From: Styela clava | Taxonomy: Eukaryota | Direction of reading: 5' to 3' | Length of the DNA stretch: 64,000 nucleotides | NCBI RefSeq assembly: GCF_964204865.1 | Contig: NC_135253.1 | Location: 15,996,001 to 16,060,000, forward strand | Part shown: one piece after another, positions 50,280 through 63,157 of the stretch | How positions within the stretch are numbered: position 1 is the stretch's first letter | Layout: each line of letters opens with the position of its first letter | Position numbers and translations under genes: made by a program | Notes under the pieces: generated by a model | Database searches by the model: none | What the model was told of the DNA's origin: nothing | Seen by the model: the letters and a program-made list of their open reading frames with translations, nothing else

Positions 50280-52349
50280 TTAGATAATACACTTATGTGG
50301 TTTATTGTTTTTATAATTAAATTACACATGAAGGGGCACCAAAGTCTTCATTGCTTAGGGCACCAAAGGGGCTTAATCCGCCCCTGGCTCAAACCCATGG
50401 GTTAGGGTTAGTATGGGTTCAAATATCCGTAAAGCAAAAAAAATCCATAGGTGCAATAGTATGCAGGTGCAATTGTCGAGGGTTCAAATGTACGTGGGTT
50501 CGAATGTAATGGAACCGTTTTCGAGTGATATCGATATCATGATGGTATCATATTGGAGCAGGAAATGAAATTGGCCTGTGAGCCGCCCACTCATATCTTT
50601 CACGAAACTAACGTAGGCAGGTCATGATACAATGCACTGACGACATTCACCCATTATTCTTCACTGCGGTCGATTATACGTCTTGATCAACATTTCGAGA
50701 CAAATTACTGTGACAGCAGTCAACTGTGGTCAAAGTTGCGCACCTCAAAAATAGCCCCGCTTTCTACATAGGTTGTGCAAGTTATAATTTTCAAACTGCT
50801 AGATTTGCATTGGCAACTCACCAACAAATGCAACTTTATCTTGCATGAAAATATAAAAATTAGCCATGAGGTTATATTTGTTGAACTTCTCAAAAACCAA
50901 TTGTACCTAACCGCTGGTCCGCGAAGCTTTTTAGCTGTCCGCGAAAAAACTACTTCGCTATTTTTCTGCCGGCGTAACCGCTTGCTTACCAAAAATATGA
51001 GATACGTTTATAAGGCATTTTGTCTTTGGTCGTTATATAAGATAGGTGTGGTATTGATTGCCCCGCCGGTGACATGGCCGAAATTTGCTATTCTAGTGTA
51101 TTGTTTTATAATTTCGAAATATAAAACAACAAACTCAGGGCACTCAAGGACATGATGCTCCGTACGGGTTCCACATATTTTCGTTCCATGCTTCGTTTTA
51201 CTTCAGAGTTATTAATGAGAAAATCTGTGATATAATATTATAACATTGGACTAAAATTAAAAAATAATCTTATACAGACATATATAGAGTTCAAAATTAT
51301 TTGAATTTATGTATATTAGAAGTATTCCTACTAGTTTCCCAAGTATATATCATACATTCCTTACAATCTCACGCACTTGACCACGTTTTTCTGCGTTTCG
51401 CCAAATAATTCGACGTTCCGTTTTTATTCTAAATCGCTGCGGTTTTCATGAGAAACCACATATATCAAATTTCCCGAGGGTTTCTCGTTTTTTTCCGACG
51501 CTCGGCCAAAGCCGCAGATGTCATTATAGTGACGCTAATATGAGACCCTGTAATTGCATATTGTAGTACCTCGTTCCTTGTCCTTCGATCACTTTTGGGT
51601 TTTCTTCGACTTGCAGCCCGCGAGACCTCCTCAAAAGTTTTTGCGGCCCGCCAACCTCGCAACCGTGGACCACCCTGCATAGAGCCAACAGACATTTTAA
51701 ATTAAAGTCCAGTTGTTATTGAAAAAAGCGATTTTTTTCATAACGATAAAAAAAATACCGATAAGTACAACAATAACATAATAGCAAAACGTTCCATAGG
51801 TCCACTTCGTGTCCAAATAGACATTTTTTTTATTAGATCCTGTCTTTTGTTTGCTATATGGAAGAAAATTTCAAAATTTTATTATATTTCAACAGTTGAA
51901 TTTCGAGTAAAGGCCCATTTTTTTTATAATTTACCTGTAATTCTTACAGGCAGGAAAGTGTCTTGGACAAGTGGTACACGTGATTTCTGAGACACCGGGA
52001 TATGATTTTGACACAGGCGGTGTAGATAGTAAGATCACATCCGCAAGCAAGATTATACTCTGGTATATGAGCTGATGTGAGGCACACAAATATTCCACAC
52101 AATATTTCTATGCGATATCAGTTTACAATTACGCTATCATAGCTCTGAGTTTATCGTAACTAAGGAATTAAAATGAATGAACGATGCGATTCACGATATA
52201 CGGAAAAGAGTATACAAATATGTGACATATATATACATAATTGTTATCATTTCATCAAAATCTATTTTAAACTTATATTTGAACGTAGAATTCCGAGTAA
52301 AATCGGTAGCATTTTCATCAATTCTATAATTTCAGGAATAAATATTATA

Positions 52350-53158
52350 ATATCGTCAGGCTAATAACCGAATTGCCTAAGTCATTTTTGGCGGTTTTGT
52401 GTTTTTTATGAAATAGTTATTTATGCAATGCCGCGCACTTGTCTGTTAACTCAGATGTTATCCCAAGAATTCCGAAACCCATGAAAATGGAGATTTTGTG
52501 TGGCATGCGTATTCTTGCAATCGTTTCGTCATAATGAATTACTTACCGCGGGACTATTGTGACGGGACTAAGGGACTAAGATAAAATAAGATCTGGCGAA
52601 GTTTTTTCAAGTTTTTGCATCTTTTATTCTTGCTTAGCGCTCATAAATTTGAACTTACACTCCAGCGTAGGAAAGTGTGCACTTGTGATATTCATTCAAC
52701 AAGAGTGTATTGCTATTTTATTCTTTATATTTATTATATATGGAAAGCCTTATTTTCGTTACAAGTGCAGAGCGCGTTATATTGATGAATTATATGTTTT
52801 AAACATAAAAATAATGTTATTGAAACAGATAAGCTATTTTGAGGGTTAGACATCGTAGATACTGGGAATTACATACATTTTCGAGTGTTTGGTTCTCAGG
52901 ACTGGTGTGTATAGTGAAGTTGCAAAATTGCGTTTGTCCCCAAGTCATAGGCACAATCCTGCGTAAGTCACATTGCGCCATTATGACGTCACATACCTGC
53001 GTCATACAAATTAATTTAAATCCGGCTACGACTAAAAAAATAAACCATGGGAAATTATTGACTCTGAATGGCATAACAATATCATTGGGAAGTTATTTAC
53101 GTTTTTCTCAAAACTGCTAAAAATGACTTACGCAATTCGGTTATTAGCGTGACGATAT
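52350..53158. mobile_element. Unclassified TIR element (~50-bp TIRs)
   Basis: ATATCGTCAGGCTAATAACCGAATTGCCTAAGTCATTTTTGGCGGTTTT versus AAAACTGCTAAAAATGACTTACGCAATTCGGTTATTAGCGTGACGATAT; no long TSD. Confidence 0.75.
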
Positions 53159-56100
53159 GTAAGTAGGCCACAATTTTAAGATTTAGAAAAATCGATATGA
53201 ATGAACTCAATTGTCGGCTGTATATTACGTATATATATTTAAAATTTAATCTTATTACGTTTTGCTAAAGCTGAGAAGAGTTTTGCAGTATTTTGCCGAT
53301 ATAAGTTAAAAATATTTCAACATTTGTAATATAAACTACACTAAACATATTTTAGATTGAAAAATAATAATATTTATCTCATATTCGAATAGGAATACTT
53401 CATCCTCAGTTTCTCATTTTATCAAAGTGTAAGACCCAACTAGGTCATTTGAAGGAGTGGGTCAAATCCCGATTTTGAAAAATACTGTAAAAGCTACTCA
53501 AAACTAACATAAACTCAACATAATCTGAACTTATTCGTTCTATTTACATATATTGTAATAAAACATATATGTAATATTGTAATAAACAGATAACAAAATC
53601 TAAAAGCATTTATCACCAATATATTCTATTCGCATAACCGATACGATTTCACAAAGGACAACCTTTTGCTTTACTAATCGACTATATTACGTAGAATTCA
53701 TATCAGACAGCGATATTCATTAAATTGTCTAAAAACGACTATATTTTGGATATATATATCGAACGCAGTCAATTTTATGCAATTACAGTAGACTGTTATT
53801 ATGATTACGACTCTAAAAAAACAAACTTAATCAGAAAAAAATTGCCGACGATAAAATTTAATTGTAACGGTAAACATAAAATTAAAAACGGCGGCACCTA
53901 GTAATTTATCGGTGTTTACCCTTGTTCGAGTTGCAAACCCACCTATATTTCTAGGCCATTGATTGTGTTTTTCCTTTTTTCAAGTGATATACAAACACAT
54001 ATAGAAATGTCCTTTTGCTCACATTTGATAATCTTGGACGCGTTAGCAACATCATCTGCCTATCTATGAAAAAAAATAAAAAGACAGTATAATATCCCTA
54101 TAAACGCGTAAATAAGATCAACGACACCTCATAAACAGGTTGTTGTTTCAACGCTCAATATGCTTTGTATTTCACCTAACCATTTATTTCGAAAACAGAA
54201 ATTGGTGCAACATATCTCACAAATTATAAACTGAAGGAAATTTGACAAGCAGGTATGAAAATAACTCAAATTTTTGGTTGCAGTAAATGGTGAAGTCAGT
54301 CCGAGTTAAATTACGCGGCAATTACGGGGAAAGCTTTTTGTAATGGGAAGAGAGAGTGTAGTTCTTGCTCGATGCATAAATGGTTCATTATAAATAAGAA
54401 AAGGAGAAACGTGCCGTACAATATTCCTCGTGTTCCAAGGTTTTATCGAAAAATCTTGAGCCAGAGGAAATAAGAAATCTAGGCATGACATTTCAAGCAA
54501 ACCAATACGCAACTAGGTGGGTATATATACGTCAATCGCGAGTGCAACAATTGTCAAATTTGCTACTAAAAAACTGAGTATGGTTATAATTCGCGTCAAC
54601 TTGAGCTCGTAAACGACGTAGGTACGAGTTCAACATGTCTGCTCTGTTCTTGTCCCAATTGTATGAATCTCACTGCATTTGAATACACTAATGCCGAAAT
54701 ATTTTTATCTATCTTAGCCCAGAACATAATATCCTACTTCATTTATATGTCTACTTCAACTAGATACCCGATAATATATATCTACGATAACCCAGATCTA
54801 TGGGACAAGTGGGGTATATAAATGGGACCAAAAAATATGACAAGCAAGGTACGGCATTTTTGAGACACCGCAAAACAACTCCATTGAATTATCATGTAGA
54901 TATCTTTTTTCTGTTCATAAATTCAAGAATACACTTTTATCCTTATTCAATTTGAAAATATTTTTAATTCCTTTTCGTTTTTATATACCGGTAGTAGGTA
55001 TTATAAATCACGTGCCCTGGCCGATCTGTTAGATTATAAAAACTATATATATTCTAAATATTAACTTCTTCAGTTGTACTTTGAAATGATATGAAATCTC
55101 CACCACCTGCCAAAAACACTAGAAGCTCTTCGAGTAAAGGAGGACTTTATACAAAAACCGAAGTCTTTTCAGCTACATCTGCCCATGTACCTGTTTTTAT
55201 TCGACTTGTTTTAATAATTGAGCTGAGTTGCACCGCATTGCTCAAAACAAATATTAGTCATACAAACACAGTAAACGTTTTGAACTCGATTTCCAACCAT
55301 GACCGAGCAATTGGTGGTGACAGAATACAAAGTTTTTTGCAATCTAAAATAAATAAACTCCAATGAACGGAAGTCCTACTTATTCTAATCCAAAGTGACT
55401 TTATAGTCACTTTGTTCTAATCTAGTGGTTCCCAACCGCCGGTCCGCGAAGCTTTATTGCCGGTCCGCGAAAAATTTCGTTTTATTGATTTTTTGCCGTA
55501 TAAATCGCTTTATCGAAGCCGAAAAGACGAAGTTACGTTGGTTTATTACGCAATTTCTCTTTCGTCGACTTATTACTGTTTGATAATTGCGGTATTAATC
55601 GGTCGGCGACGTCTTGGCGCCGAGTAATCACACTTTTCGCTTTTTCCGTTCTGCATGTAGAGTAGAGAACAAACACGAGTACTTGGACTGGGTGGGGAGC
55701 CAAACGAGGCTTTCTTGACAATACATTTGAGTTGTTACACAATAACTAAATTGCAACTTACAGGGTATACACACGTCGTATAGAAGTCGAATATGCATTT
55801 AAGTAATAGCTTTGCAAACGGATATAACATTTTCAATTTCATTAAAAAATTTGGCCACTGTGCATCTTCCAGTTAATATTTTACTTGTATATGCCATCGG
55901 TACGAATATAAGACGATCCTTCAAATGCTGACAGGTGAATTTTCACAAGTGGCGCGTACAATTACGAAAGACTGCCGAGGCGGTATCCAAAATATCAACA
56001 AATCTACTCGCGAAGATAGGGTGGGTGTGGTCGTAAAAAGTGGAATTAATCCCATCTATAGGGCAGGCCATGTCTACGCACTCAGAAAACTGTTTAACTT

Positions 56101-56546
56101 TGAACCCGCGGATAACTTCACAATGCGGTTAACGCACTATAATCCGGTCAAATATTTTCAGTTTGTACGACTGAAGCGGGTGAATAAGAATCCTCCTTTG
56201 TCGCGCAATCACTTATAACCGCGGGAATTACTGCAGTGATAATTACACAAATCAAACCCGATCTGTAACTCGCTACACGCACGCAGATGCTACGCAGTGT
56301 GACGATAAGAATTGCAACGTTTAGTTTGCCGATCTTCTTTTGCGGTACTGAATTTGTAGCTCTGATTTTAGCGTATGCGATTAATCTAAATCGTTTTTGT
56401 GTGCCTGATTTACGTTACTAGACATTCGTTAAGAAATTCTGTGTTTATGAAATTTTATTCACGCTTTAGGTTTAGCCTGCTTGAAACAGTCAAAGCATTA
56501 TGTTAAACTGATCATTAACATATATATATATACATAAAAAAACACA

Positions 56547-59500
56547 ATGGACGGAACTTTTACAAAAGAAGAAGCGGACGAAGATGTTAATAGCGGCAGT
56601 GATGAAAGCGAAGAGGAAGACGAAGAAGAAATACCGCCAAGTCGCCTTGAATATACAGAAGAAAGGTAGGTCTGTTTAGGGCTTGGTAAACATTGCTTCC
56701 CCGGTGTACTACTACCAGTCTACCAGGTCATAAATAAGTTTTGTCCGGGAGACGTGTATGATTTGTAACACGATTTGTCAGTTTATATAAAGTAGGTACA
56801 ATTTTTTTATGATTTACAAATTACCTACTGGGAGTTGGAATCGCATCGATTAATCAAGTATATGCGCCATGTTTCCCCGCGAATGGTATCTTTTGATATG
56901 CTGCTATATCCTGAAATCGCCCGTGTATGCCCTAATCCGGGGACCCGTACGTACATACTGCGGTTCACGTGTAAACCAATGAATACATTAGAATCATAGG
57001 CTTTACAATCACATATCCAGCATATCCGTTAAATTTTTTCTAATTCGAAAATGATTTTTTCTGAGAAAATTTGGATATGTCAAACCATTGGTGTCTTTTT
57101 AACGCCATATAGTTCCTCCCTGTCTGTGATGGTCACATGAAGATAAAGAATCAGAATGTCACGAATTACCCAAATTACACGATAATATTTTTTTATATTG
57201 CTATGAACTCGACCTGTATACAAAATTTTGAGACAATGCGAATTATCATTGAAACGCAGTAGAAAGTGATAGAAACCCCGCACATTTTGAAACTTTTCTT
57301 CTCACAATTTTTGTTAAAGTGACGATGCAGCCGAGTCTGGTTCTCTGCCTGCTGAGTCCGCATCACTGGGTTCAGACAAAAAGGGGAAGACAGAAAAGAA
57401 GGCGGCGATTGCTAAACCTTCGTTATCTTCAACATCAGGCACAACAGCCAAACGGCGTCCACCCTTTTTAGAGATTATTGTAGACGCGATTACGGCAAAA
57501 GATGATAAAAAGGGTGCCTCAGCTCAAGCAATCAAAACTTACATACGTGAAAAATATCCAGACATTTCCGAGGTATTTTATACATTATATTATCAACGGT
57601 TAAAGAAGAAGTCTTCACTAGCAGTTGAATATATTATGTCTCAGTCGGCTCAGCCGTTATAAATTGATAATCGTGAAAACCAAATATAGCCTGTACTAAG
57701 ATACCAAATGCAAGTTCAAATAGACGATAACGAATAAAAAACGTTTTTCGTTATCTGAGTGCTGTATGTATACCTTTCATAATATTTCTTCCTTCCAATC
57801 GGTCCCTAAAACATTCAATAAGTCTATTAATACAATATTTCAAGATGTTTAAGTTGAGAGAATGTGTATTTTTGTGTGGCTTCTTAAACTAAACTTCAGT
57901 GATGACTAATTTTTGTTTCTGCAGAACGTTTTAAAGAAAAATTTCAAGAGTGCAATTCTACGGGGAATCGAAAATGATACCCTGTTTAGACCAAAAGGAT
58001 CGCAAGACAACAAAGGTGAGAACAAATCATTGGGCATATTGTAAATGTACATGGATTTGAGGATGCAAACACTTATCTGACTAAATCATCCTGAAGTATT
58101 AGTGGTAAGAAGTAATCGTACGACAGTCCTTCCGATATCGCCATCTACAAATTCACAGATGTCTATAGCCAGCATGCAAACAATAACTGGAAAGGGGGAC
58201 GTTGTGAAATCATTTGTCCAACCCTGTTTTAAGAATTTCGGGCATTCAAGTTGCAATGAAAACTAAACTACAATAATTAAACTCATCGTGATCTGACTTG
58301 TGCCATTAGCACTATGAAATTTATAAAGTTTTCTATTTGAAACTTTCCCCCAATATTCGACTATAACGAAATATTTCAATCAAGCCACAGTAAATACCCC
58401 CTCTCTGCCTAGTCTAAGAGTCCGCATCATATACATAGCTGAAAGGCTGCATATGAACAGACTACATGGACTAGTATACGGCAACAAATACATTGTTCAT
58501 GCATAAATGCTCGGAATTTCACCCCAATCTGTTAATAATAATCTACTTAAAGGTGCGGTTGGAAGATTCAAAATAAGTCCAGAATATCTGAAAGCCAAGG
58601 TGAAAAGCGAAAAATTGAAGGAAAAACAACGCAAACAATCTGAGAAAGCGAAGACTGACAAAGCAAAAACTGCGAGGAAAAAGAAAGCTCCAGCAAAGAC
58701 TGTCAATGGGAAAGAATTAAAGAGTTTGAAAGAGAAATCCTTGGCTGTTCAGGTAACTTCTTAAAACGATTGTAAGTTATTCAAGATTGTAACACAATCA
58801 ACCAAAGGGAGTTGTATAAAAATTAACGATCTACTGACATTGCTATAGTTTTTGGTTCAGTTCAAAATTAATCTGCTATCATTATATTATTATAGGTCGC
58901 AAAAGAAAGAATAAAAAAAGCCAGGAAGTCTATGGGGCTGACACCGAATGCCAAGCCAAAAGTTGCCCCGAAGAAAAAGGTAACTTCGTAGACAGTAGGC
59001 TTTCAAGTTTTAAATATCTGAACTAAATGCAGTCAATTTCAAGAATCCAAATCCACAATACTACATCAAATTTTTTTCCCAAGCTCATTTCAACCATTGC
59101 GTTCGTAGAAGTAAAACATAGAAAATGAATTTGGGGAACATTTTACTTTTAAAATTTGCCAAAAGGTAAACGAGAGAACGAATATTCACGGCTCTTGCAT
59201 AAGGACGAGGTGTAGTCGGAATATGAATTTCAGGTACATGTGTTGATATTTAACTTCCTTTTTAAGGCGAGATCTCTATCGAAAAAGGCAGCTACTTCTA
59301 AATCGCCTAAAGTTGCCAAGTCTGCAAAACCGAAGCCAAAGGCATCCAAGACAACAAAAGGTAGATTAGCTCCTAGTCTTGAATCGTGTTTATTTACACC
59401 CAATTTAGAACCAGCTCAAACGACAATATATAGTATGGGATGGATGGTCGCGGTACTTCACTATTGCAAAATTGGTTATACTTTTATTGTATTTTCGTGA

Positions 59501-60090
59501 GTTGGCTTCATAATTATCATTCAAGATATTTAATCGCCCCCCAGTTAAAAGTACTCATGGATGTATCTCGGCCTTTTTCTGTTTTCTGTTTTGACTTTTT
59601 CTGTACTCTAACTAAGCTAAAATTCTTTGGAAAAACAAGGCTCTTGCCGATGTTACGGAAATATAAAAAGAAATCGATACTTGGAAACATTCATCATTCA
59701 AAAAAGTCATTTCACTAGTCCCTCCGAACTCAGTTCAATATTGCTTGATATTCACACTGAATACATCCTCCTGGATCCGAACTGCTCAGTGCAGCAGTTA
59801 TGGGAATTCTCTATTTACATTCAGACTATTTTTTCCACATGCCAGGCGTCCTCATGACCGGTATCACGTTTAGGTATACACTGCGACCTGATAATTTCCA
59901 GGTAAAATTGTACGAATTGTCCTGAAATCATCCTGTGGAGTATTATTCTAATCTGAACGTAAGGAACAGTCGGAAAGAGATATGTCTGCCTAAGTTGATA
60001 TTTGTTTGTATTCCAGGAACCACCAAAGAGCCTGCCAACAAAAAATTGGCGTCGGCGGCTACAAAAAAGAAAACGACCAAAGCAAAATGA
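56547..60090 (+). CDS. Linker histone H1 variant (oocyte/embryonic H1.8/B4-like), ~304 aa, 7 exons
   Basis: Phase-consistent exons 56547-56665, 57320-57572, 57925-58015, 58553-58752, 58896-58979, 59267-59360, 60017-60090 (915 nt). Globular H15 domain RPPFLEIIVDAITAKDDKKGASAQAIKTYIREKYPDISENVLKKNFKSAILRGIENDTLFRPKGSQDNKGAVGRFKI, followed by a K/A/P-rich C-tail. An AATAAA lies at 60382. Confidence 0.88.
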
Positions 60091-61240
60091 ATGCCGTGTT
60101 CGCAGTCTTCTTTCTTATTGGGCGGAACGCTTTATTCTATTGATTCCCCCATTAGCTTGTTTAGCGATAGATTGTCCATATGATATGCACGTCCGCAATA
60201 CTTTTGTTGCAAACTCTCAAATATGTAGAAGCGAACAGCGGACAGAAATTGTATTTATATTATCACTAGCTTTCTGTTGCAAGTCATTGCATCAGATAAT
60301 TTAATAGATTGTGTATAGAGTTCATGTATTACTGGTTTGGTGGTTTTCTAGGTTTTACTGTAAGGTGTTTATACATAAGTTAATAAAACAATATCGCTTC
60401 AACTCTTGACTCAAATTTTCACTCAACTCTGGATTGGTTAGAATAACTTCTGCCAGGGTGACATGGCTAACAAGAGGGCATATGGATTGATGTGTCGGAA
60501 GCGAATTGCATTTGAGCTGAAGCCGCCGACCGCCCTTACGCGTGCGATTTTTGGCTGTATAGCCATTAGCCAGGTACTTCTTTTCCACCGCGCTTGGGGT
60601 CTGGTGCAGGAAAGTGGGCGCTGTGAGGTCGATATCGTCATGAGTGCGGATTACTAAATTGGCAGGTTCACGAGTGCAGGTAGACTTTCACCTCTGGTAC
60701 TGTGATAAAAACACATTTGAAACACAGGACCTGTATCTCGCGCATTAAAATTATATCGATAGTCGGCCTGCTGTAACTGAAAATAAGTAGTGGCTTCTGA
60801 AAAAGACCAAATGGTCCCTCGATTTCTAATAAGAAATTCGTGTAACGTGCAGAATCCAACGTGAGCAGACGGCAACGGGATGTAAGAACTGGTTTGATAT
60901 CAAATCTTTGAAGCCCTATTTCAGATCCGACAACTTTGTCGTTATTGCAAATTCCAGAATTTTCTAATGTATCCTAATGAACACCGTGTCCAATTTATTT
61001 AAGCGCCCATGCTTTCCCACCTTTTATATCTGTTGGCATGAACGCTACCGCAGTAGAAATTGAAATAAACAAGATAGCAGTGAGAAATTTATGGACTTTC
61101 TAAGTATAGTAGAACAATTGTGACGCAGGCGGTCACACAGAATAAAAACAATGTTCTCCTGAATTAAAATGAAACTTTGAAAAATGATAAAATATCTGAT
61201 CCCCGTAGTGTCTCGTGTTGGTATCTAGGTGAACCTATAC

Positions 61241-63157
61241 TTTAAGGTGGGCCTGGGACCATCCTCCCTGGCCTTTCAGATAGAATTGCACTGAATGACA
61301 CTGAAAATCTTATCAATAGCTTGAAAGGATTGTTGACGGGTGTGTTTCCAACCGGGCACAAAAAAAGTACGACAAGGTTACGACAACCCCTGCGAGTGAA
61401 TTTAACAGCAATAGACTCGGCTAGATCAAGTTTGGAAAAGTCGTAATGCTGCATTCTGAAGAAATTAAATTGAACAATATGAGAAAGCAGATAGCGATCG
61501 GAGACCGCCTATTTATCGATCTTTCGTTCGGAGCGACGAAAGTTAGGGGATCCCATAAAACAGAAACTGCCGTTTCCATTCCTTCGCTCTGACTCCATAG
61601 CGAAACCGCGTGTCCCATCATTAATTAAATAATGACTCACTAATTATTCGACATAATTCATCCAATCAATATGCTTCCTTTTTTTATTATGGCGTGACAC
61701 TCTTTTTAAATTTGTGTAAATGCTTCATTTATTTTATACAAATTTTCAATAGCATACTTCTAATTAAATCAAAAACTTACAATTTCTTGTCAACATAAGT
61801 GAGTTTCAAGACAAAAAAGCTTGGGAAACACAAAATTACACCTGTAACGAAATTTATCGCTTAGTCGTCAATATAAATAGGACATCATAATATTAATTTC
61901 AATTCCCCCCAGAATTTAAATTTATCAATGACGTACCAGGATGGAAATTACCGAAAACGGGATTGCGCAAATGGGTAGACTAAATTAGTAATTTTCGTGT
62001 AAAACAAATCGCCCCACCTTGTTTAGGTATTTTTCTTGTACAAATCAATCATATTGATCTCTTTTGGTTTTATCGTGTAGAGCAAATCACTCCTGGTGGA
62101 TTCGAATAAACTAGATTGGTGAGTTGTTAGCCGAGTTTCGAATTTACAGTGATAGTTTTAGATGTACATACTGTCTGTTGATATAATGAGTTTTCCAGTG
62201 TAGGTTAATTTGTGAAAGTATCTTTACTTTTGACAGTATTAAATGAAATTATTATATCAAACGAAGAAAAACTATTAAAGAAAAACTAAGTGGTATTAAC
62301 TGTCATATATATCAAATTAACAGGAAACCCCAGTTTGAGCAATGTTGAATTTCTGTTTAAAAAATACTAAATTTCAAATACTAAGTTCATTTTATGATTC
62401 AAACACAATAGTGTTACTTAGTTGATTAGACAGTAGATTTTGCCTCACACTAAGCAATAATTGATATGAAAATATATGGCAAGAATTTTACTTTTCGTTG
62501 ATATAGCCTACAAGGCTGCTGAGATGAAAAACTACAAATATATTCAACATTCAATTTTAATATCAAACGTATTTGTCAAAAGTAATAAATGGTTACCCAA
62601 ATATAAATTCCAATTTCTTGATAATTGCCGTATTCTGTGAGATGATATCCATGGGTTTTAATAAGGGAAATGGCCCACTTCAGAGTTCCATCCTTGAATT
62701 TAGAGAAAATATTTTGCTCACATGATCGGCGACAGTTGATGCATTAAACCAGAGCTCAAATACCTATATAAGGAATTACTTGTGGACGAATGGTAGCTAA
62801 AATCGAAATTAGTTTGCAAAAGAACATTTGATTTAGTCTATTTCTATCTTGTTTTTCTGTTTGTTTGCCACGTCTTTCCGAGAAATCGACTTAAACTTAC
62901 TTACGTCATATCTAAAGTTAAGCTGAATGTAACATACATTGACAAATACAAGTAACTGTAAATCATTTACTCACCTGTAGCTGTCACGTATGTTTACTCA
63001 GACTGTGTGATTTGAAACGATTGACTTTCACTTCACCATTGAAGCCTGAATCTCGTTCGCGAACGTACGCAGTTATATTAGAATATTTATTGGTTTTTGG
63101 CGATCTAGGAGAGTTATCGTCATTGCCACTATTCATAGCACGTCAATTCCAATCACA
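61241..63157 (-). other. Putative spliced minus-strand transcript (lncRNA, pseudogene or recoded ORF)
   Basis: Candidate exons 63157-62975 (cag|gtgagt donor), 62763-62597 (tatag| acceptor, |gtaacc donor) and 61455-61241 (atttcttcag| acceptor). No recognisable domain. Confidence 0.3.

Larger units (their letters stand above)
47287..50386. mobile_element. Middle hAT-type non-autonomous element of nested stack
   Basis: TIR CAGCACCGGATTAACC / GCTTAATCCGCCCCTG, subterminal gcacc motifs, degenerate 8-bp TSD gctacaac / gctcaaac. Confidence 0.65.
47222..50517. mobile_element. Outer TIR element of nested stack (split by later insertions)
   Basis: Imperfect TIRs CGGTGACCGTACATTTGAACCC / GGGTTCGAATGTAATGGAACCG; no convincing TSD. 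Confidence 0.5.

Noticed and set aside
48741-50329. Mirror-image ORFs in the inverted arms (e.g. 48741-49058, 49927-50145, 49991-50329)
   Set aside because: They arise from the inverted repeat, and their frames are not preserved between arms. Only 49300-49764 has a recognisable domain.
50399-50411. GGGTTAGGGTTAG telomere-like motif (also ~18952-18963)
   Set aside because: Only two units, embedded in repeat-like sequence; not an interstitial telomere array.
60002-60304. 100-aa ORF as the H1 C-terminal exon
   Set aside because: Splice phase from exon 6 selects the other frame (GTTKEPANKKLASAATKKKTTKAK*, ending at 60090).
61247-61446. Open plus-strand frame GGPGTILPGLSDR...LEKS* as an alternative last exon of H1
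   Set aside because: Phase-compatible, but the acceptor is weak, the composition is not H1-like, and it lies beyond the H1 polyA signal; unsupported without transcripts.
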